Shown here: piece by piece, positions 9,071 to 17,492 of the stretch
Layout of the letters: each line of letters opens with the position of its first letter
How positions within the stretch are numbered: position 1 is the stretch's first letter
Origin: Candidatus Limnocylindria bacterium
Lineage (GTDB): Bacteria; Chloroflexota; Limnocylindria; QHBO01
DNA: 64,000 nt
Assembly: GCA_044866355.1 (NCBI GenBank)
Contig: JBIOTW010000033.1
Location: 13,373-77,372, forward strand
Reading direction: 5' to 3'
Translations under genes and position numbers: made by a program
The notes under the pieces: model-generated
Told to the model about the DNA's origin: nothing
Seen by the model: only the letters and a program-made list of their open reading frames with translations
The model's database searches: none

Positions 9071-9797
9071 GCCCGGCCACGATCAGGACGACCTCGATGA
9101 TGGCCACGAAAACGCGCTCCGGGAGCCGGTCCACGATGCGCTTGCCGATCACCGAGCCGGCGATCATGACCGGCGCCATCAGCAGCCCGATCCCGACGGT
9201 GGCGACGGTCAGGAGCGCCGCGGTCCCGTAGGCGACCAGCTTGGCGACATGCATGACCACCGTCGCGGCGGCCTCGGTGCCGATGTAGGAGCTCTTCACC
9301 AGCCCGGCGGCCAGGAAGAAGGGCGCCATGATCGGTCCGACCGAGCCGACCAGGGCCGAAACGAAGGCAAAGAACGCGCCGACCGCGGTGAACGCCCGAG
9401 GTCCAAGGACACCGCCGGGCTGAGGTCCGAGGTGGCGCCAGGCGACGGAGGCGAGGAGAAATGCGCCGATGAGCCGGGTCAACGCGTCCAACGGCGCAGC
9501 CGCGAACAGGAATCCGCCGATCAGCGCAGCCGGAACGCCACCCAGCGCGAACCAGCCCACGATGCGCCGGTCGACCGCGTCCCGGTTGATGACCACCCGT
9601 GACCCGTTGCCGATCAGCTGGGCGATGGTCAGGATCGGGATCGCGTCGCGCGGCCCGAAGAGCGCGACAAGGACCGGCAGCAGGATCGCTGCCCCGCCGA
9701 ACCCGGCGACCGCGGCCAGGGTGCTGGCCGCCAGCCCGGCTACCAGCAGCAGCGCCAGCTGGGGGAGCAGCTCGGTGAAGGAGCCGGCCCCCGGCAT
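9048..9797 (-). CDS. TauE/SafE (DUF81) family sulfite/anion exporter-like membrane protein
   Basis: 249 aa, ~8 TM helices, internally duplicated Gly-rich segments typical of TauE/SafE; ATG at 9795-9797. Confidence 0.7.
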   Translation of the reverse strand: MPGAGSFTELLPQLALLLVAGLAASTLAAVAGFGGAAILLPVLVALFGPRDAIPILTIAQLIGNGSRVVINRDAVDRRIVGWFALGGVPAALIGGFLFAAAPLDALTRLIGAFLLASVAWRHLGPQPGGVLGPRAFTAVGAFFAFVSALVGSVGPIMAPFFLAAGLVKSSYIGTEAAATVVMHVAKLVAYGTAALLTVATVGIGLLMAPVMIAGSVIGKRIVDRLPERVFVAIIEVVLIVAGLIFLVGG

Positions 9798-9800
9798 CGG

Positions 9801-10667
9801 TCAGTCGGTCAGAACTGGGGTGGGCGCCGCTCGTTCGGCCGCCGTCACGACCTGCTCCAGGAGCATCACGGTGGTGACCGGGCCAACCCCCCCAGGGACC
9901 GGGGTGATGGCCGCGACCAGGGGCTGGACACGATCGAAGTCGACGTCGCCCACGACGCCATCCGGAGTCACGTTGATGCCGCAGTCGACCACCACGACCG
10001 AGGCGTTGACGTGCTCGGGGCCGATGAGGGCGGGGACGCCCGCCGCCGCGACCAGGATCTCCGCCTCTCTCGTTGCACGCCTGAGGTCCTCAGTCTCGCG
10101 GTGGGCGACCTCCACGCTCGCACCCTCGGCCGCCAGCAGGACCGCCGTGGGACGCCCCACCACTCGGGAGCGGCCGACCACGACCGCATGGCGTCCGGCG
10201 AGGGGGATGTCGTAACGCCGCAGGACTTCCATGACGGCCACAGCCGTGGCGGGAACGAAGGTGGGCTCACCATTTGCCAGCCGTTCGGCGCTGATTGGGG
10301 AAGCCCCGTCCACGTCCTTGGCCGGGTCAACCAATGGGCCTACGGCGTCCGGATCGAGGTGAGCGGGGATGGGATAGATGACCACGATGCCGGCCACCGA
10401 CGGATCGTGGTTGAGCGCGCCCAGACCTTCGCCGACCACGTCCATGGTGGCGTCCTCGGCAAGCTGGACGTCCCGGGGTGCGATCCCGATGGCGCTGGCC
10501 GAGCGCGCCAGGCTCCGCGCGTAGGCGACCTCCGGGCCGGCGTCGGCAAATCGAACGATGGCCAGGCCCGGGCTCCCGGCCCGCGCGGTGAGCGTCTTGA
10601 TCCGATTTGAGAGGTCCCGCCGATGGAGATCGGCGATGGGGCGGCCGTCGAGTATCCGGCCGCTCAT
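9801..10667 (-). CDS. folD: Bifunctional 5,10-methylene-THF dehydrogenase / 5,10-methenyl-THF cyclohydrolase
   Basis: 288 aa; MSGRILDGRPIA start, Rossmann GRSRVVGRPTAVLL, and C-terminal VTPVPGGVGPVTTVMLLEQ motif of FolD. Confidence 0.9.
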   Translation of the reverse strand: MSGRILDGRPIADLHRRDLSNRIKTLTARAGSPGLAIVRFADAGPEVAYARSLARSASAIGIAPRDVQLAEDATMDVVGEGLGALNHDPSVAGIVVIYPIPAHLDPDAVGPLVDPAKDVDGASPISAERLANGEPTFVPATAVAVMEVLRRYDIPLAGRHAVVVGRSRVVGRPTAVLLAAEGASVEVAHRETEDLRRATREAEILVAAAGVPALIGPEHVNASVVVVDCGINVTPDGVVGDVDFDRVQPLVAAITPVPGGVGPVTTVMLLEQVVTAAERAAPTPVLTD

Positions 10668-11308
10668 GCAGGCATCCGCTGGCGAACGGCGGCCAGCGCG
10701 TCGGCTTCGCGTCTCGCCACGCGGGCTTCGAGCTCGGCCAGGCGCTTCGGGGCGTCAGTGCGGAGGGCGTGCCCTTCGGGCAGCGAGGGGAGGTTGATCG
10801 TGACGTTGAGCGAAGCTCCACGGACGGCGGTCCCGGCCAACAGAGCCGCCACGCCCGCGTCAGTGACGGCGTTGCGATTCCCGATGGGCGCGATGCCCGC
10901 CGCCAGGTCGAGCACCTCCGCTGCGAGCCGGGCGATGCGGAGTGGGACCTCGGTGGCGGCGACCGATGCCTCGCCGATGGCCGCCTTCCGGGTGGCCCGC
11001 TGCTCGTCGTCCTCGCGCGGCATGCGGCGAGCGGCGACCACGGTCAGATAGGCGGTGGCGTCGTCCTCGGCCGCAGTGAGCAGCGACGCGCGCAGCTCGC
11101 CGGCCGCGGTCCCGATCTGGCGGGCGACAGGGTCGACCTCCTCGTATTCGGGCCGTCCAAGGGTCAGCTCACACACCATCTCGACCAGGGCCGCTCCCAA
11201 CGCACCCGAAAGCGCGCTGGCGCTCCCGCCGCCGGGCACCGGGGCCCGCGACGCGAGGCGCGCGGTGAGGTCGCGAACCGTCAGCTCAGCGATGGACGGG
11301 CTGCTCAT
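10664..11308 (-). CDS. Formimino-THF cyclodeaminase / methenyl-THF cyclohydrolase-like protein (FTCD C-domain, FchA family)
   Basis: ~214 aa; N-terminal SIAELTVRDLTARLASRAPVPGGGSASALSGALGAALVEMV matches the cyclodeaminase domain signature; 4-nt overlap with folD start suggests co-transcription. Start placed at internal MSSPS ATG. Confidence 0.6.
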   Translation of the reverse strand: MSSPSIAELTVRDLTARLASRAPVPGGGSASALSGALGAALVEMVCELTLGRPEYEEVDPVARQIGTAAGELRASLLTAAEDDATAYLTVVAARRMPREDDEQRATRKAAIGEASVAATEVPLRIARLAAEVLDLAAGIAPIGNRNAVTDAGVAALLAGTAVRGASLNVTINLPSLPEGHALRTDAPKRLAELEARVARREADALAAVRQRMPA

Positions 11309-11404
11309 GGGCAGCCGATTGTACGGGCGCAAAGGAGAAGCCCGGCGGGCCCGCGGGAGAGGGACGCGGCGCCAGCCGGGCGGCGGGATGGGCTCCGGGA
11401 GCCG

Positions 11405-11689
11405 TCAGGCGGCTGGATCCAGCGCGTCCACGAACCAGCGGCGGCGTCGAGCGTCGAAGACCAGCTCCAACGACTCCCCGGATTCGACCTCCACCACCAG
11501 CATCAGGCGCGGGGAGCTGCCCGCCGGATAGGCGGCCCGTTCGTCGCGCACGGTGGCCAGGCGCAAGATCCGCAGCTCGCGATCGCCGAAGCGGACGCGC
11601 GTCGGCCGGAGCTGCCCCGTATCCCAGGCGACCGACGCCGCAACCGGGGTGATGGAGACGAGAGCCATGAGGTCGACAATACAGAACAT
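11405..11689 (-). CDS. Small hypothetical protein (94 aa) with a LexA box overlapping its start codon
   Basis: ATG at 11687-11689 (reverse) lies inside AGAACATCTGTTCT; no TM segment, no motif I recognise. Alternative start MALVS at 11668. Begins 13 nt downstream of the dinB stop. Confidence 0.4.
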   Translation of the reverse strand: MFCIVDLMALVSITPVAASVAWDTGQLRPTRVRFGDRELRILRLATVRDERAAYPAGSSPRLMLVVEVESGESLELVFDARRRRWFVDALDPAA

Positions 11690-11695
11690 CTGTTC
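11684..11695. promoter_or_regulatory. LexA/SOS box (GAAC-N4-GTTC type), site 1
   Basis: cAGAACatctGTTCTag, palindromic, Gram-positive/actinobacterial LexA operator class; between dinB and the 94-aa ORF. Confidence 0.6.
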
Positions 11696-11701
11696 TAGTT
11701 G

Positions 11702-12883
11702 TCAAGAGTCGGGACGGCGCTTGCTGAACCGCCGTTCTGGCGCCTCGCGGAGCAGACGGGCACGGGTGATGGCCCGGTCGCCGAACTTCTCACGGACCGC
11801 ATCGGTGGCCTCGGCCAGGCGCTGCACGCGCTGGCCGTCGTCGAACAGGGTCAGCTGCTGGGCGTCGACCAGCGAGATGGCGGTGATCCCGATCAGTCGA
11901 ACCGCCCGACCCGGCTCCAGGGTGCGATCGAGGAGCCGATGAACGACCTCGAGCATGACGTGCGCGTCCGTCGTCGGATGCGGGAGCGTCATCTGGCGGC
12001 TCAGCGTCTCGAAGCCCTCGTAGCGGAGCTTGAGCTGGACCCCGCCCGCCGCCACGGAATGGCGCCGCAGGCGGCTCGCCACCGACTCCGCCAGCCATAG
12101 AAGGGTTCCCTCCAGGCCACTCCGCTCGGTGACGTCCACGTTGAAGGTGTGCTCATGACCGATGGACTTGGGGGCGTGGCCCGACACCACCGGGGATCGA
12201 TCGATACCGCGAGCGCGCTGTCCCAATTCCCCACCGTGCCGGCCGAATCGGCGACGCAGGGTCGCCTCCGGGACCGCCGCCAGCTGGCCGATGGTCGTCA
12301 CCCCGTAGTCCGCCAGCGCCTGCCGCACGCGGGGGCCGATGCCCCACAGGCGCGAGACCGGCAACGGGGCCAGGAACGCGGCCTCCTCGCCCGGAGCCAC
12401 CACGACCAGCGCGTCGGGCTTGCGCAGGTCGGAGGCGACCTTGGCCACCAGCTTGTTGGTGGCGACGCCCACGCTGACCACCAGACCGATCTCTTCGCGG
12501 ATGCGTGACTTCAGCGCCCGGCCGATGGTTGGGCCGTCGCCGGCCGGCGCGCCGGTGACGTCGAGAAACGCCTCGTCCATGCTGATCGGCTCCACGAGTG
12601 GCGTGTACGAATCGAAGACCCGCATGACCTGCAGGCTCAGCTCGGCGTATCGCTCTAACCTGCCCGGCAGGAAGACACCTTGTGGGCAGAGGCGGGCGGC
12701 CGTGCGCAGCGGCATGGCCGAGTGGACTCCGAAACGCCGCGCTTCGTAGGACGCAGCGCTCACCACGCCGCGCGCGTCCGGACGCCCGCCCACGATCACC
12801 GGCAGACCGGCCAGCGACGGGTCGTCCAGCACCTCGACCGAGGCGTAGAACGCGTCGAGGTCGGCGTGAAGGATGGTCCGCAT
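11702..12883 (-). CDS. dinB: DNA polymerase IV (Y-family translesion polymerase)
   Basis: 393 aa; MRTILHADLDAFYASVEVLDDP, SMDEAFLDVTG, Y-family palm, thumb and little-finger regions. Confidence 0.9.
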   Translation of the reverse strand: MRTILHADLDAFYASVEVLDDPSLAGLPVIVGGRPDARGVVSAASYEARRFGVHSAMPLRTAARLCPQGVFLPGRLERYAELSLQVMRVFDSYTPLVEPISMDEAFLDVTGAPAGDGPTIGRALKSRIREEIGLVVSVGVATNKLVAKVASDLRKPDALVVVAPGEEAAFLAPLPVSRLWGIGPRVRQALADYGVTTIGQLAAVPEATLRRRFGRHGGELGQRARGIDRSPVVSGHAPKSIGHEHTFNVDVTERSGLEGTLLWLAESVASRLRRHSVAAGGVQLKLRYEGFETLSRQMTLPHPTTDAHVMLEVVHRLLDRTLEPGRAVRLIGITAISLVDAQQLTLFDDGQRVQRLAEATDAVREKFGDRAITRARLLREAPERRFSKRRPDS

Positions 12884-12894
12884 GGATCCCGCGC

Positions 12895-14055
12895 TCAGTC
12901 CGTCCCGGGATACCGGCTGTAGGCGCCAGGGCCGAGGATCGGCAGCAGCCTGTCAGCTTCCGCCTCCAGGGCGTCGCGGTCGGCCGCCTTCAAGCGCCCA
13001 AACGGGCGGAGCTCGATGCGGGCGGCGCCGCCTCGGTCGCGGCGGGGCAGCCACGTCCCGGCCACCATGCCGTCGACCAGGAACGTGGGCAGGACATCCG
13101 CGTTGCGGGTGATGACTGTCGCCTGGTGGGCCGGCGGCAGGACCCGGCTTCGATGGGCCGTGCCGTAGGCCAGCAGCAGGCTGTCCCAGCGGGCGAGGAG
13201 CCGGGGAGGCGCCGGGGTGTCCGCGTCCGGCCGCGGGGCGTCCGGCAGGTCCAGGAGCGTGCGCCCCGCCTCGTCGGTGAAACGGGTCAGGTCCTCGCTC
13301 CCGTCCCCCATTGCCCTGCGCCAGCGCGTCAGCCACTTGCCGCGCCCGACGTACGCAGCCAGGTCCTCGACGCTGGCCGGCCCGAACGCGGCGAGGTATC
13401 GCCGGGCCAGGCGGCTCGTCGCCGCGTCCGGGTCCACCTGCTCAGGATCCGGCTCGCCCAGCCAGTCGCTGGCCGGCGCATATCGCGCCCGACCGTAGGT
13501 CTCCCCGTCGTGCGGCACCTGGATGAGCGGCACGCCTCCGCTGAAGTGGCGCCACAGGCATCGGTAGGGCGGGATCTCCATCCGCCCGACCTTCTCGGCC
13601 AGGATCGACTCGATCTCGTGGATCTGGAGCGGGCGCTCCGTCATGGCCGCCAGCACCGCCGCGTACCCCTTCCGGATTCGGCGGCCGAGGGGAGACGAGA
13701 CCGGATCGCGCTTGTACAGGATCCGCCACTGATTCCAGCGGAACGGCAGAGTCAGGGTGGACATCGCCCAGAAGTCCGTCGCGCTCACGACGTGAACCGT
13801 CAGCCGCATGAGCGAGGCGCGGACCACGGTCCGTCGGGCCCGGGCTCGGGACAGATCGACTGGTGGCACCTTCGTGGCAAGGCGCGTTTGGAGCGCGAGC
13901 GGCGGCCAATCGGGGTGCTGCGCCTGGAGGGAGCCGATCCGTTCGACCAGCCGGGCCACCGGCGCGCGGGGCAGGGAGCGCAGCAGCCCCTGGCGCGCGA
14001 GCGTTGCCCGATTCAGCTGGCGCTGGGTGAGCGTTGGCTGGGCCATGGGTCCCAC
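12895..14055 (-). CDS. Winged-helix DUF1006 protein, YcaQ/AlkZ-family interstrand-crosslink DNA glycosylase candidate
   Basis: 386 aa. N-terminus TLARQGLLRSLPR...RIGSLQAQ resembles the YcaQ/AlkZ N-terminus (E. coli LHLAAQGLL...LLQID) and carries a Q-phi-Q motif (LQAQ). C-terminal VLPTFLVDGMVAGTW resembles YcaQ FVLPLLHRGQLVGRMD. Judged from memory of family sequences, not a search. Confidence 0.5.
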   Translation of the reverse strand: MGPMAQPTLTQRQLNRATLARQGLLRSLPRAPVARLVERIGSLQAQHPDWPPLALQTRLATKVPPVDLSRARARRTVVRASLMRLTVHVVSATDFWAMSTLTLPFRWNQWRILYKRDPVSSPLGRRIRKGYAAVLAAMTERPLQIHEIESILAEKVGRMEIPPYRCLWRHFSGGVPLIQVPHDGETYGRARYAPASDWLGEPDPEQVDPDAATSRLARRYLAAFGPASVEDLAAYVGRGKWLTRWRRAMGDGSEDLTRFTDEAGRTLLDLPDAPRPDADTPAPPRLLARWDSLLLAYGTAHRSRVLPPAHQATVITRNADVLPTFLVDGMVAGTWLPRRDRGGAARIELRPFGRLKAADRDALEAEADRLLPILGPGAYSRYPGTD

Positions 14056-14095
14056 CAGCCTAGCGGCGGCCGCGCCGCCGCCATCGGTCAGTTGG

Positions 14096-14758
14096 TCAGA
14101 GCTTGCGGATGACGCCGACCACCTTGCCCTGGATCTGGAGCTCGGTGGCGTAGATGGGCTCCATTTCGGAGTTGGCCGGCTGGAGGCGGATCCGCCCGTC
14201 CTCGCGGTAGAACCGCTTCAGGGTGACCCCGTTGTCCTCCAGCAGGGCGACCACGATGTCGCCGTCCCGGGCGGTGGCCTGGGGCTGGACGATCACGAAG
14301 TCGCCGTCGTCGATCAGCGCGTCGACCATGCTCTTGCCCCGCACCCGAAGAACGTAGGAGTCCTCGCGGGCCTGGATCGAGCGCGGGACGTCGATGGGCT
14401 CGGGGTCCTGGTAGGCCTCGATGGGCTGGCCGGCCGCGATCTCACCGACCAGTGGCAGCTGCACGGGGTCGCGCTCGACCGGCATTCGGAAGGGCGTCAC
14501 TGCCCCACGGGCTGGCCGTGCGGGCGGTGCGGCGCCGGTGGCCTTGGCGGTCAGGCGCAGGGCGCGGGACGAGCGGCTGCCGCGTTCCAGCTGTCCCGAG
14601 CGTTCGAGCGCAACCAGGTGGTGATGGACCGCGGACGTCGAGGCGAGGCCGACCGCGTCCGCGATCTCGCGGACCGAGGGCGGGTATCCGCGCTCGGCCA
14701 CGGTTCGGGCGATGTAGTCCACGATGCGCTGTCGGCGCTCGGCGTCGTGCCGCGTCAC
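14096..14758 (-). CDS. lexA: LexA repressor
   Basis: 220 aa; N-terminal winged HTH (GYPPSVREIADAVGLASTSAVHHHLVALE), Ala-Gly cleavage site (IAAGQPIEA), S24 peptidase Ser-Lys dyad (RVRGKSM ... TLKRF). Confidence 0.95.
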   Translation of the reverse strand: MTRHDAERRQRIVDYIARTVAERGYPPSVREIADAVGLASTSAVHHHLVALERSGQLERGSRSSRALRLTAKATGAAPPARPARGAVTPFRMPVERDPVQLPLVGEIAAGQPIEAYQDPEPIDVPRSIQAREDSYVLRVRGKSMVDALIDDGDFVIVQPQATARDGDIVVALLEDNGVTLKRFYREDGRIRLQPANSEMEPIYATELQIQGKVVGVIRKL

Positions 14759-14773
14759 GTCGCCAGAGTATCA

Positions 14774-14785
14774 GAACGCCTGTTC
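14774..14785. promoter_or_regulatory. LexA/SOS box, site 2 (lexA autoregulatory operator; shared with divergent DUF1232 gene)
   Basis: cAGAACgcctGTTCTaa located 16 nt upstream of the lexA ATG (14756-14758). Confidence 0.65.
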
Positions 14786-14849
14786 TAATGTCAACGTCTT
14801 GGTATCATCCCGGCCCACCTCGTCCCGTCTGACCGGAGATCGCAGCGAA

Positions 14850-15350
14850 GTGTTCCGTCCCGGCCGGTGGCGTTATCTGCGCGCCGCCAAAGTTCTGCTC
14901 CAGCTCCCCTCCTACGCCCGCCTGGTTTGGGGGCTGGCCCGCGACGCGCGCACCCCCGTCGCCCTCAAGGCCGTGCTCTTCGCAGCCCTGGTCTACGTCA
15001 TCGCTCCCATCGACCTGATTCCGGACGTCATTCCCATCCTCGGTGCGGCCGATGACCTGACCGTCCTGCTCCTTGTCCTGGACCTGTTCATCAGCAATGC
15101 GCCCGCGGCGGTCCGCGAGGAGCACCTGGCTCGGGCCAAGGCCGGGCAGGCAGTGCTCGACGAGGACCTGGCACGCCTCCGCACGCTGCTTGGCGCTCGG
15201 TACGACCGCATCCGGGACACCTTGCCTGAGCTCCTGGATCGATTCGGCGGCCTGCGGGATGCGGATGAGGTCAAGAAGCAGATCGCCGGGTGGCGTGCCG
15301 CACGAGGCAAGACTGACGCGCGCCCCGAGACGCCCGTGGAGGCGAAATGA
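14850..15350 (+). CDS. DUF1232 (YkvA-like) small membrane protein
   Basis: Track ORF 14724-15350; I place the start at GTG ~14850 (MFRPGRWRYL). Conserved KALLYFISPIDLIPDxIPxLGxxDD-type segment (LVYVIAPIDLIPDVIPILGAADDL). Divergent from lexA. Confidence 0.5.
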   Translation: MFRPGRWRYLRAAKVLLQLPSYARLVWGLARDARTPVALKAVLFAALVYVIAPIDLIPDVIPILGAADDLTVLLLVLDLFISNAPAAVREEHLARAKAGQAVLDEDLARLRTLLGARYDRIRDTLPELLDRFGGLRDADEVKKQIAGWRAARGKTDARPETPVEAK

Positions 15351-15793
15351 AGGTCATCCTCAAGCGCGACGTGAAGGGCCTGGGCCGCGAAGGCGATTTG
15401 AAGGACGTCAAGGACGGCTTCGCCCGCAACCACCTCATTCCCACCGGGGCGGCCGTCCTGGCCGACCTGGGAGCCGTTCGCAACTGGGAGCGTCACCGCG
15501 AGCAGCGCGACGAGCGCGACAGGTCCCTGCGCGCCGATGCCGAGGCCATCGCCGCCCGGCTGGGGGAGCTCACGATCCAGATCGGGGTCAAGGCCGGCGA
15601 GCGGGATCGCCTGTTCGGGTCGGTGACCACCCGGGACGTGGCGGATCGGCTCCGCCAGGAGGGGATCGACATCGATCGGCACGACGTCCACCTGCGGGAG
15701 CCGATCAAGACGGTGGGCGAGCACCTGGTCAGCGTCCACCTCATGCCCGGCCTCGAGGCCCAGCTTCGCGTCGAGGTCGTCGCCGAGCACTGA
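15347..15793 (+). CDS. rplI: 50S ribosomal protein L9
   Basis: 148 aa; MKVILKRDVKGLGREGDLKDVKDGFARNHLIP is canonical L9. Confidence 0.9.
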   Translation: MKVILKRDVKGLGREGDLKDVKDGFARNHLIPTGAAVLADLGAVRNWERHREQRDERDRSLRADAEAIAARLGELTIQIGVKAGERDRLFGSVTTRDVADRLRQEGIDIDRHDVHLREPIKTVGEHLVSVHLMPGLEAQLRVEVVAEH

Positions 15794-15823
15794 ATCGCGC
15801 CGCGCGACGGTCTAGCTGTCGCA

Positions 15824-15835
15824 GAACGGGTGTTC
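15824..15835. promoter_or_regulatory. LexA-like box, site 3, in the rplI-dnaB intergenic region
   Basis: cAGAACgggtGTTCGat, about 145 nt upstream of the dnaB GTG; same extended AGAAC-N4-GTTC core as sites 1 and 2. Confidence 0.4.
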
Positions 15836-15979
15836 GATTGGGGACATGTTCTCCACACCGCGCCGACAGCTTCGGGCGGCTTATCCGCAACGGGGTTTGG
15901 GGTTCGTTCATAAGCCGGCGGTAATCGTTGGCAAATCCATTTCCGTCGCGGGCGATGCCCCGTACGGTCGCCCACACCC

Positions 15980-17338
15980 GTGAGCATCGATCGCGTCGCC
16001 CCCCAGTCGGTCGAGGCCGAGCAGAGCGTCCTCGGCTCGATCCTCATCGACCCCGAGGCCATCCTCAAAGTCGCCGACTTCCTGCACTCAACCGATTTCT
16101 ATCGCCCCCAGCACGCGGACATCTACGAGGCGATGCTGGCGCTCCACAACCAGAGAGAGCCCATCGACCTGGTCACCCTGGGCGACGAGCTGACGCGTCG
16201 CGACCGCCTGGATGGGGTGGGTGGGCCGGCATACCTGGCGACCCTGATGAACGCGGTCCCCACCGCGGTCCACGTGGAGCACTACGGGAGGATCGTCGAG
16301 CAGAAGGCCGTCCTCCGGAACCTGATCGCGGCCGCGGGGCGCATCGCGGCGGTGGGCTACGAGGAGGCCAACGACACGGCGGCCGCCATCGACCGGGCCG
16401 AGGGCATCCTGTTCGAGATCAGCCAGCGCCGCACGGTTGCCGGCTTCGAGACGCTGGCGACCCTGCTCGGGCAGGCCTATGACCGGCTCGAGTACCTCCA
16501 CGAGCACCGCGGCCAGATCCTCGGCATTCCCACCGGGCTGGCCGGGCTCGACACGCTGCTCGGCGGATTCCAGCCCTCGGACCTCGTCATCCTCGCGGCG
16601 CGGCCCAGCGTCGGAAAGACCAGCCTGGCCCTCAACGTGGCGCTGCACGCCGCGATCCACGAGCAGAAACGGGTGGCCATCTTCTCCCTGGAGATGAGCC
16701 GCGAGCAGCTCGCCCTGCGGCTGCTGTCGTCCGAAACGGGGATCAACCCGCGGCCCCTGCAGACCGGATTCATGGAGGAGACCGACTGGTCGAAGATCGC
16801 GCGGGTCATGAACGACATGGCCAGCGCCCAGATGTGGATCGACGACTCGCCCACTCTGTCGGTCCTCGAGCTGCGGACCAAGGCTCGCCGGCTTGAGGTC
16901 GAGCAGCGTGGACTGGACCTGATCATCGTCGACTACCTCCAGCTCATGGAGGCGTCCACCTCCACTCGCGAGCCGAACCGCGTCCAGGAAGTCAGCGAGA
17001 TCAGCCGCGGGCTGAAGAACCTGGCTCGCGAGCTCAAGGTCCCGGTCCTGGCGTTGTCCCAGCTGTCGCGCAACGTCGAGCAACGAGGCGGGATGGGCGA
17101 GCCGCGCCTGTCGGACCTCCGCGAGTCCGGATCGCTCGAGCAGGATGCCGACGTCGTCATCTTCCTGTACCGCGCCGAACAGGAGACCATCGCCGAGGCG
17201 GACCTCGAGCTGGTGAAGGCCAAGGTCGCCAAGCACCGCAACGGACCGATCGGCGAAGTCCCGCTCCAGTTCCGACGGACGCAGACCCGCTTCTATTCGG
17301 TCAGCGCTCGGGAGGACGTGGAGGTCGCGACCTACTAG
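15980..17338 (+). CDS. dnaB: Replicative DNA helicase DnaB
   Basis: 452 aa, GTG start; N-terminal VEAEQSVLGSILIDPEAI, Walker A ARPSVGKTSLALN, no intein. Confidence 0.95.
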   Translation: MSIDRVAPQSVEAEQSVLGSILIDPEAILKVADFLHSTDFYRPQHADIYEAMLALHNQREPIDLVTLGDELTRRDRLDGVGGPAYLATLMNAVPTAVHVEHYGRIVEQKAVLRNLIAAAGRIAAVGYEEANDTAAAIDRAEGILFEISQRRTVAGFETLATLLGQAYDRLEYLHEHRGQILGIPTGLAGLDTLLGGFQPSDLVILAARPSVGKTSLALNVALHAAIHEQKRVAIFSLEMSREQLALRLLSSETGINPRPLQTGFMEETDWSKIARVMNDMASAQMWIDDSPTLSVLELRTKARRLEVEQRGLDLIIVDYLQLMEASTSTREPNRVQEVSEISRGLKNLARELKVPVLALSQLSRNVEQRGGMGEPRLSDLRESGSLEQDADVVIFLYRAEQETIAEADLELVKAKVAKHRNGPIGEVPLQFRRTQTRFYSVSAREDVEVATY

Positions 17339-17492
17339 CCAGAGCCGGTTTCACACCTTCCCTCCCTCTTGACAGCCGCGTATAGTCGGCCGCTGGAACG
17401 TCCGGAACACCAGCTCATCCCAGGTCGCGATCCACGGCCCGAGGAGCCGGAGAACCGAGGGCCGGGCGGCCACGACACGGAGGAGAGGACAG

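Noticed and set aside
12682-14112. 476-aa plus-strand ORF across the ycaQ-like and lexA genes
   Set aside because: Antisense to two motif-supported genes; composition is Arg/Pro/Gly junk.
16088-17236. 382-aa minus-strand ORF inside dnaB
   Set aside because: Antisense to an unambiguous DnaB helicase; no motifs.
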